Virus record (IMG/VR): IMGVR_UViG_3300005512_000001
Coordinates: 192,001 to 256,000 of that record
Strand: one strand, 5' to 3'
DNA: 64,000 nt
DNA from: a virus
Taxonomy: Duplodnaviria > Caudoviricetes
In this document: positions 59,528 to 64,000 of the stretch, piece by piece
How the letters are laid out: each line of letters opens with the position of its first letter
Position numbering within the stretch: position 1 is the stretch's first letter
Made by a program: the position numbers and the translations under genes
Notes under the pieces: generated by a model
Told to the model about the DNA's origin: nothing
What the model saw: the letters and a program-made list of their open reading frames with translations, nothing else
Databases searched by the model: none

Positions 59528-59905
59528 ATGTTTGAATTTAGAATAATAGCATCGGCTTTAGCTAGGCGAACTAAAGATAGTGAATTAGACGAATCTACTG
59601 ATTTAGATATTGCTCAATCTAGCCATGCTCTGAAGGTTCTCCGGGAGATTGCTGAGGAACAGCCGGATGCAGTATTAAAAGCCCTAAAATTATATAAATA
59701 CCAACCTATAACAGAGTCTTCATCTTCCGTACATACTCGCAACCCGATATTGAAACGCAAACCCAAACGTGCTAAAAAATCTAATCGCACCAACCGCACC
59801 AACCGCACCAACCGCAACCGCACCAACCGCACCAATAGGGCGCAACGCAGATTATTACGCGGTATGACATTAAGCACAGCTTATTTTCGCAGGCATCAAC
59901 AATAA
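59528..59905 (+). CDS. hypothetical protein with basic NRT-repeat tail
   Basis: GAGG RBS. Confidence 0.55.
   Translation: MFEFRIIASALARRTKDSELDESTDLDIAQSSHALKVLREIAEEQPDAVLKALKLYKYQPITESSSSVHTRNPILKRKPKRAKKSNRTNRTNRTNRNRTNRTNRAQRRLLRGMTLSTAYFRRHQQ
59783..59839 (+). repeat. 9-bp tandem repeat AACCGCACC (NRT), about 6 imperfect units
   Basis: Direct reading. Confidence 0.9.
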
Positions 59906-59981
59906 TATCACATAGGCCCGCTGTATTTAATCTGGGACAAGCCACTAAGAGCAAGAATCAGATTAAGGTTAGGAGCCTATC

Positions 59982-60713
59982 ATGCCGAAGTTATGCCAAA
60001 TCATCGCCGTCGCAACTGGCCGCAAGTCCGTCGTTCAAAAAGAGGTTACCAAGCAGCATCAGATGCTGCAAAAGCCAGCACTGCTTGATGGCATTTCGCG
60101 AACTTACACGCCTTCTGATGCAGAGGGAGAGACTTTACCTGCCGAATCGAAAAAGGTTCAGTTGAATGTTAACGATGCTATAAAGGCCGCAGCCGCTGCT
60201 TGGACCAGTATTTTTGATGTGGTCGCGACTCAAGATGCGGCGAATTGTAAGGCTTCCGCAGATGTGATTGTGGGTGGTTTTACAATTATTGAGAATGTGC
60301 CTGTTACACACTTGCTGTTCCTAGAGAAGCAGCTAGTTGATATTCATACTTTCATCGATAAACTTCCGACTCTTGATGCAGCACAAGATTGGACATATGA
60401 CGAGAACAAGGGCTGTTTCAAGACTGAGCCGACTGAGCAGATTAAGACCAAGAAGCATCAAAAGCCGGTGGTTATGTATGAAGCTACGAAGGAACATCCA
60501 GCCCAGGTCCAATTGGTAGGCGAAGATATTACTGTTGGAAAATGGACTACGGTCTATTTCTCTGGTGCGATTCCGGCCGACAAGAAGCGAGCTATGTTGG
60601 AGAAGGTACAAAAGTTGCAAGATGCTGTGAAGTTTGCCCGCGAACAAGCAAATACTATAGATGTTGAAGATGTCAAAGAAGGAGAGCAAATTTTTGAGTT
60701 TATAACCGCTTAG
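59982..60713 (+). CDS. conserved-looking uncharacterised protein (recalled as DUF7873-like), upstream of the tRNA-mimic RNA
   Basis: KL.QIIAV..G.K, GISRTY.P..EGE.LP.E...VQ, VP.T.LLFLEKQL, EAT.EHPAQV, FSGAIP, AVK.ARE.AN; AGGAG RBS; family name from memory, unverified. Confidence 0.75.
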   Translation: MPKLCQIIAVATGRKSVVQKEVTKQHQMLQKPALLDGISRTYTPSDAEGETLPAESKKVQLNVNDAIKAAAAAWTSIFDVVATQDAANCKASADVIVGGFTIIENVPVTHLLFLEKQLVDIHTFIDKLPTLDAAQDWTYDENKGCFKTEPTEQIKTKKHQKPVVMYEATKEHPAQVQLVGEDITVGKWTTVYFSGAIPADKKRAMLEKVQKLQDAVKFAREQANTIDVEDVKEGEQIFEFITA

Positions 60714-60727
60714 GCGGTTTGTGATAT

Positions 60728-61160
60728 TGGAGCGTAAGTTTAAATTTAAACTTAGATTTAAACAAAACTCCTGTGCAGGTTCGAATCCTGCCCCCGCTGT
60801 TGATGCTGTAACAACCTACTTAGCGGGGTGGCGGAATGGCAGACGCGCGGCTCCCTTATCAAGGGTCGTAGGAGTTTATTAAGTTCAAGCTATCGCTCCA
60901 GGTTTAGCAACTGTGCTGGCCATTAAATCGAGTTCTGGAGAAAACTAACTGCTTGTGTGCTTGTTCAAATCAAGCCCCTCGCGTTTCGACGCACCCAACA
61001 ACCCTGCGAGGGTAGCTCAATGGTAGAGCGTGGCAGTCTAAAACTGAAACTCCAGATTAAACGGAATCGTTAATGGTTCGAGACAGGCACTGGTAGACAT
61101 TACTATAATGATCACCAACATCGCTCCCCAGCGGGAAGGCTACGCGCTGGGGAGCCACTT
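60728..61160 (+). ncRNA. structured RNA with two circularly permuted tRNA-like domains (YrlA/Y-RNA-like topology)
   Basis: Unit 1: T-arm GCAGG-TTCGAAT-CCTGC (60775-91), CCCCGCT/AGCGGGG acceptor, D-arm TGGCGGAATGGCAGACGC. Unit 2: GCTTG-TTCAAAT-CAAGC (60959-75), CCCTCGC/GCGAGGG, TAGCTCAATGGTAGAGC. Closing stems TGGAGCG/CGCTCCA and CTGGAG/CTCCAG. Confidence 0.85.
61123..61155. terminator. GC-rich hairpin closing the RNA locus
   Basis: GCTCCCCAGCG / CGCTGGGGAGC; between RNA and convergent gene. Confidence 0.7.
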
Positions 61161-61519
61161 TATATATCTAATTCATCAGTGAATCGTTTGACGGCTTTAT
61201 CTAGGGTGGTTTTATCTGATTTACATGGCAGATTGATGCCACCCATAATACTAATTCCGGCATAAATATATCTATATATAGACCCATCATATATGATGGT
61301 CTTCACGGTAGCACGGTTTGTGTGAAGAAATTCACATTCCATTAAGAACCATATTGATTTGTAAGGGTCGTCTATCGAGTGGCTTATAGAATTGTTCCGT
61401 ACCGACACCATATTGATGACGCGGGCGTACGTTATGCGGACTGTCTTCTGCATGGGTTCTAGTGCTACATATAATCTGTGCCGATAACTATATGTATTTA
61501 AATCTCTATGGCAAGACAA
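61160..61519 (-). CDS. hypothetical, possibly distant family B; start uncertain
   Basis: SIDDP..IWFL.E..IYDGS weakly parallels family B. Confidence 0.4.
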   Translation of the reverse strand: MSCHRDLNTYSYRHRLYVALEPMQKTVRITYARVINMVSVRNNSISHSIDDPYKSIWFLMECEFLHTNRATVKTIIYDGSIYRYIYAGISIMGGINLPCKSDKTTLDKAVKRFTDELDI

Positions 61520-61966
61520 GAAAAACGTGATTTAAAATGGCTTAAATTAGCAGCATATTTTGCTGATGAGAATAGCAAAGACCCAAGTACTAAGGTTGGA
61601 TGTGTGATTGTTGGCCCAGATAATGAGATAAGGACGACTGGGTATAATGGGCTAGTCCGCGACATTGACGATAACGTTCCAGCTAGGAATGAACGCCCCA
61701 CAAAATATCTATGGTATGAGCACGCTGAGCGGAATGCTATTTATAATTCATCGAGGTGTGGTATTCCATTAAAAGGATGCACCGCATACGTCAATTGGCA
61801 TCCGTGCGCAGATTGCACGCGTGCATTGATACAAACTGGCATTGTCCGAGTTGTTGCGTATGAAACTCCGCCAGAGCTATTAGATAGATGGTGTGATCAC
61901 ATACAAGTTAGCGATGAGATGATGGGTGAAGCTGGCGTTGAGTATATAGAATATCCGAAGTCGTAA
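61508..61966 (+). CDS. dCMP deaminase
   Basis: SKDPSTKVG, GYNG, HAERNAI, PCADC. Confidence 0.93.
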   Translation: MARQEKRDLKWLKLAAYFADENSKDPSTKVGCVIVGPDNEIRTTGYNGLVRDIDDNVPARNERPTKYLWYEHAERNAIYNSSRCGIPLKGCTAYVNWHPCADCTRALIQTGIVRVVAYETPPELLDRWCDHIQVSDEMMGEAGVEYIEYPKS

Positions 61967-62060
61967 TAATAATATCTAGCAGTATTTAGGCAAAAGTAAT
62001 ATGGACCGATTAGCGGTCCGTGAATGCAGCAATCGGCTGCGTAGAAGAAGGAGTAGTAGA

Positions 62061-62933
62061 ATGGGAATTATTGAGAAGTTCCAGGCTGTATTGTCGATTA
62101 TTGAAGAGCACAATTCTGCAATCGGGGGCAAGGATAAACCAGGATATGTTGACCCGTCTGGTTTTGAGGACTCCATCAAGATTATTGGTGGCACCAGTGA
62201 ATCACGACTTAAAAGGCTTAGCTACGAAGACATTTTGCAATGTCTTCCTGGTTCTGGCCAGCTGAAGCCAGTCGCCTTAGCGAAGGAAATTGCTGCTGTT
62301 TTTCGGGGCAATGATGACACTAAGCGACCAATTAGTACTCACCGGGTGTCATTTATGAACCCGGAAGAATTGATTAAAGCATTTGACCCGGAAGAATACA
62401 CCAATGCTGTCGGTAAACGGCTAAAGGACATGAGTCGTGGCGAGGCATTTATTGTTTTTGAATCTGGTAGAATAGTTGATGTCGATATATCAATGAAACT
62501 GCTGAAAGAGGTAAAGCAAGGATATCGCGGAAGGGATAAAGTTTCTGTTAATGGCGATATAAAGCCAGTGTATAGAGTCGGGCAATTACCAGATGCATAT
62601 GCTGATGAGAATCCGCTATATCGCAACCGGCCTTTGAGGCCAGACGGTACTTGCGATCAGACTGGAAGGTCTTGGGACGGCATATCGCTTGAGATACGAC
62701 AGTTGGTGTATTTAGCAGTTCAAGTGGGCGATCTGAAGGTCAGTATAGAGACGGCCCATAATACAATCGACGCTGCATTAAGAGATGATGCTGTTAGATT
62801 TTTCCGCGAGCGTTATCAGAAGGCAGCAATGCGATTCAACAAGCTGCAGAGACTTAATGACCTACCGAAACTCACAGTCCCCATGAATGCTGAACATTCG
62901 ACTAGTATCAATAAAGGCACGAAAGTTTTATAA
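62061..62933 (+). CDS. hypothetical protein
   Basis: AGGAG RBS before ATG 62061; ENPLY..RPLRPDGTC..TGRSW. Confidence 0.65.
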   Translation: MGIIEKFQAVLSIIEEHNSAIGGKDKPGYVDPSGFEDSIKIIGGTSESRLKRLSYEDILQCLPGSGQLKPVALAKEIAAVFRGNDDTKRPISTHRVSFMNPEELIKAFDPEEYTNAVGKRLKDMSRGEAFIVFESGRIVDVDISMKLLKEVKQGYRGRDKVSVNGDIKPVYRVGQLPDAYADENPLYRNRPLRPDGTCDQTGRSWDGISLEIRQLVYLAVQVGDLKVSIETAHNTIDAALRDDAVRFFRERYQKAAMRFNKLQRLNDLPKLTVPMNAEHSTSINKGTKVL

Positions 62934-62941
62934 GGAAGAGA

Positions 62942-63736
62942 ATGATGACTAAGAAAGAAGACGCACTCAGAACGTATGTTGCGATTATCCTTGATAGGTC
63001 TGGGTCGATGGGTAATGACCATCATAACCCAAATCGTGTTGATATGACTATCGCTGGATTCAATGAACAAGTGCAACAGATTAAAATGAATTCTGAAGAT
63101 ATGGAGACATTTGTGTCATTAGTGACGTTTAATGGCAATGTTTATGAGCATCTTTGGAACCAGCCAGCAGCTGAATTATACGAAACTACAGCTGAAGACT
63201 ACCGACCTAGTGGCTCGACAGCCATGAGGGATGCACTTGGTTATGTAATCGAGAAGCTGCAAAAGACGACCGACATTGCTGATGAGAATAATGCTTATCT
63301 TGTGGTTGTTATCTCGGATGGTGATGATAATACATCTCATCATTATAGTATTCCAGCACTGCGTGAATTAGTGGAATCAACTAAAAAGGACGATAATTGG
63401 ACTATAACTTATATGGGTTGCAGTGAGGAATACCTTAAGGAAGTAGAAAAGCAAACTGCGATTCCAACTTCGAACATGGCTGCCTTTGACCCCTCTGCGG
63501 TAGGAATACGCAAGGGATATGCAGCTAGCGGCGGGAAAATAGGTGAGTATCTAAGAAGTCGTAAATGCGATGGCGTAAAATCGTTGGCTACATTCTACTC
63601 AGACACTGCAGGTGTGGCGGCTGATTTTACTGAGGCAGCACTTAACCATGTTGCGATTAAGGACACAATCATTGATTCGACAGCATCGAATCTTTTGGGG
63701 TCCGGAGTCGCCGTGGCCTGGGATGATGGCCAATAG
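62942..63736 (+). CDS. von Willebrand factor A domain protein
   Basis: MIDAS ILDRSGSM, T.MRDALG, ISDG..N.S. Confidence 0.9.
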   Translation: MMTKKEDALRTYVAIILDRSGSMGNDHHNPNRVDMTIAGFNEQVQQIKMNSEDMETFVSLVTFNGNVYEHLWNQPAAELYETTAEDYRPSGSTAMRDALGYVIEKLQKTTDIADENNAYLVVVISDGDDNTSHHYSIPALRELVESTKKDDNWTITYMGCSEEYLKEVEKQTAIPTSNMAAFDPSAVGIRKGYAASGGKIGEYLRSRKCDGVKSLATFYSDTAGVAADFTEAALNHVAIKDTIIDSTASNLLGSGVAVAWDDGQ

Positions 63737-63744
63737 CAGTTAAG

Positions 63745-63788
63745 TAAAAGGGTTGGGAATCAACTCCAACTGATTCCCAACCCTTTTA
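63745..63788. terminator. 18-bp inverted repeat between convergent genes
   Basis: TAAAAGGGTTGGGAATCA / TGATTCCCAACCCTTTTA. Confidence 0.75.
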
Positions 63789-63987
63789 GTATTTCCACTG
63801 CATCTGGTGTGAATGCGAGCCATTTTTGAAACAACACTAGTGGGCCAATAGCTTTGTTGCGTGCCGCATCTTTAGCCATTTTTTCCAGTTGTGCGGTTTG
63901 TGCTGCTGGCTTGTAACCGAAATCTTCGATTAGTTTTTGCTCAAGCCCGTCGCAAACCGCCCGCATATTTGGCTTTGTCTTTGTCAT
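63760..63987 (-). CDS. hypothetical protein
   Basis: ORF convergent on the vWA gene. Confidence 0.5.
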   Translation of the reverse strand: MTKTKPNMRAVCDGLEQKLIEDFGYKPAAQTAQLEKMAKDAARNKAIGPLVLFQKWLAFTPDAVEILKGLGISWS

Positions 63988-64000
63988 GCTAAATGTTGTA

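Noticed and set aside
59926-59936. Pairing of the 59982 leader (TTTAATCTGG) with CCAGATTAAA at 61052
   Set aside because: Only 10 nt, a local partner exists at 59959, and it overlaps the putative promoter, so it may not be transcribed.
60775-61030. Ordinary tRNA genes, or one intron-containing tRNA made from the unit 1 5' half and unit 2 3' half
   Set aside because: Halves are in reverse order within each unit; AGCGGGG does not pair with CCCTCGC; no CCA or standard anticodon arm.
60728-61160. Two-piece permuted tmRNA
   Set aside because: No G3-U70 alanine identity pair, full D-arms are present, there are two units, and no tag ORF is evident.
62942-63736. Ro60/TROVE partner for the Y-like RNA
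   Set aside because: Only a vWA domain of 264 aa; the helical TROVE ring is missing.
1-64000. Diversity-generating retroelement, retron or integrase
   Set aside because: No reverse transcriptase or recombinase motifs and no TR/VR pair seen in this window.

Overview
This window is the virion-morphogenesis region of a large T4-like (contractile-tailed, probably jumbo) bacteriophage in the standard genetic code, followed by an accessory region. Identifications come from motif recognition and gene order only; no searches were run. Structural and core genes: neck gp13/gp14, tail terminator gp15, sheath gp18, three tube paralogs, tail chaperones, tape measure, baseplate (gp27/gp5/gp25/gp6-like), primase, DNA methyltransferase, UvsW-like helicase, gp55-like late sigma factor, terminase (inverted), portal, acidic core proteins, prohead protease, scaffold and major capsid. 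The region is heavily invaded: four intein/Hint insertions and six endonuclease-type genes. Five of those six carry a predicted DNA-modifying domain (4x Mom-like GNAT, one seen only as a window-edge fragment; 1x LAGLIDADG plus amino-methyltransferase). The strongest candidate for an undescribed system is at 59982-61160. A 243-aa protein gene is followed directly by a ~430-nt structured RNA with two circularly permuted, anticodon-less tRNA mimics (T-arm, acceptor stem closed by a 23-nt linker, D-arm), mounted on long stems with hexameric A-rich internal-loop repeats. Other highlights are a neck gene split exactly before the last residue of its intein, two phage-specific promoter-like motifs, and an expanded family of ~105-aa paralogs.
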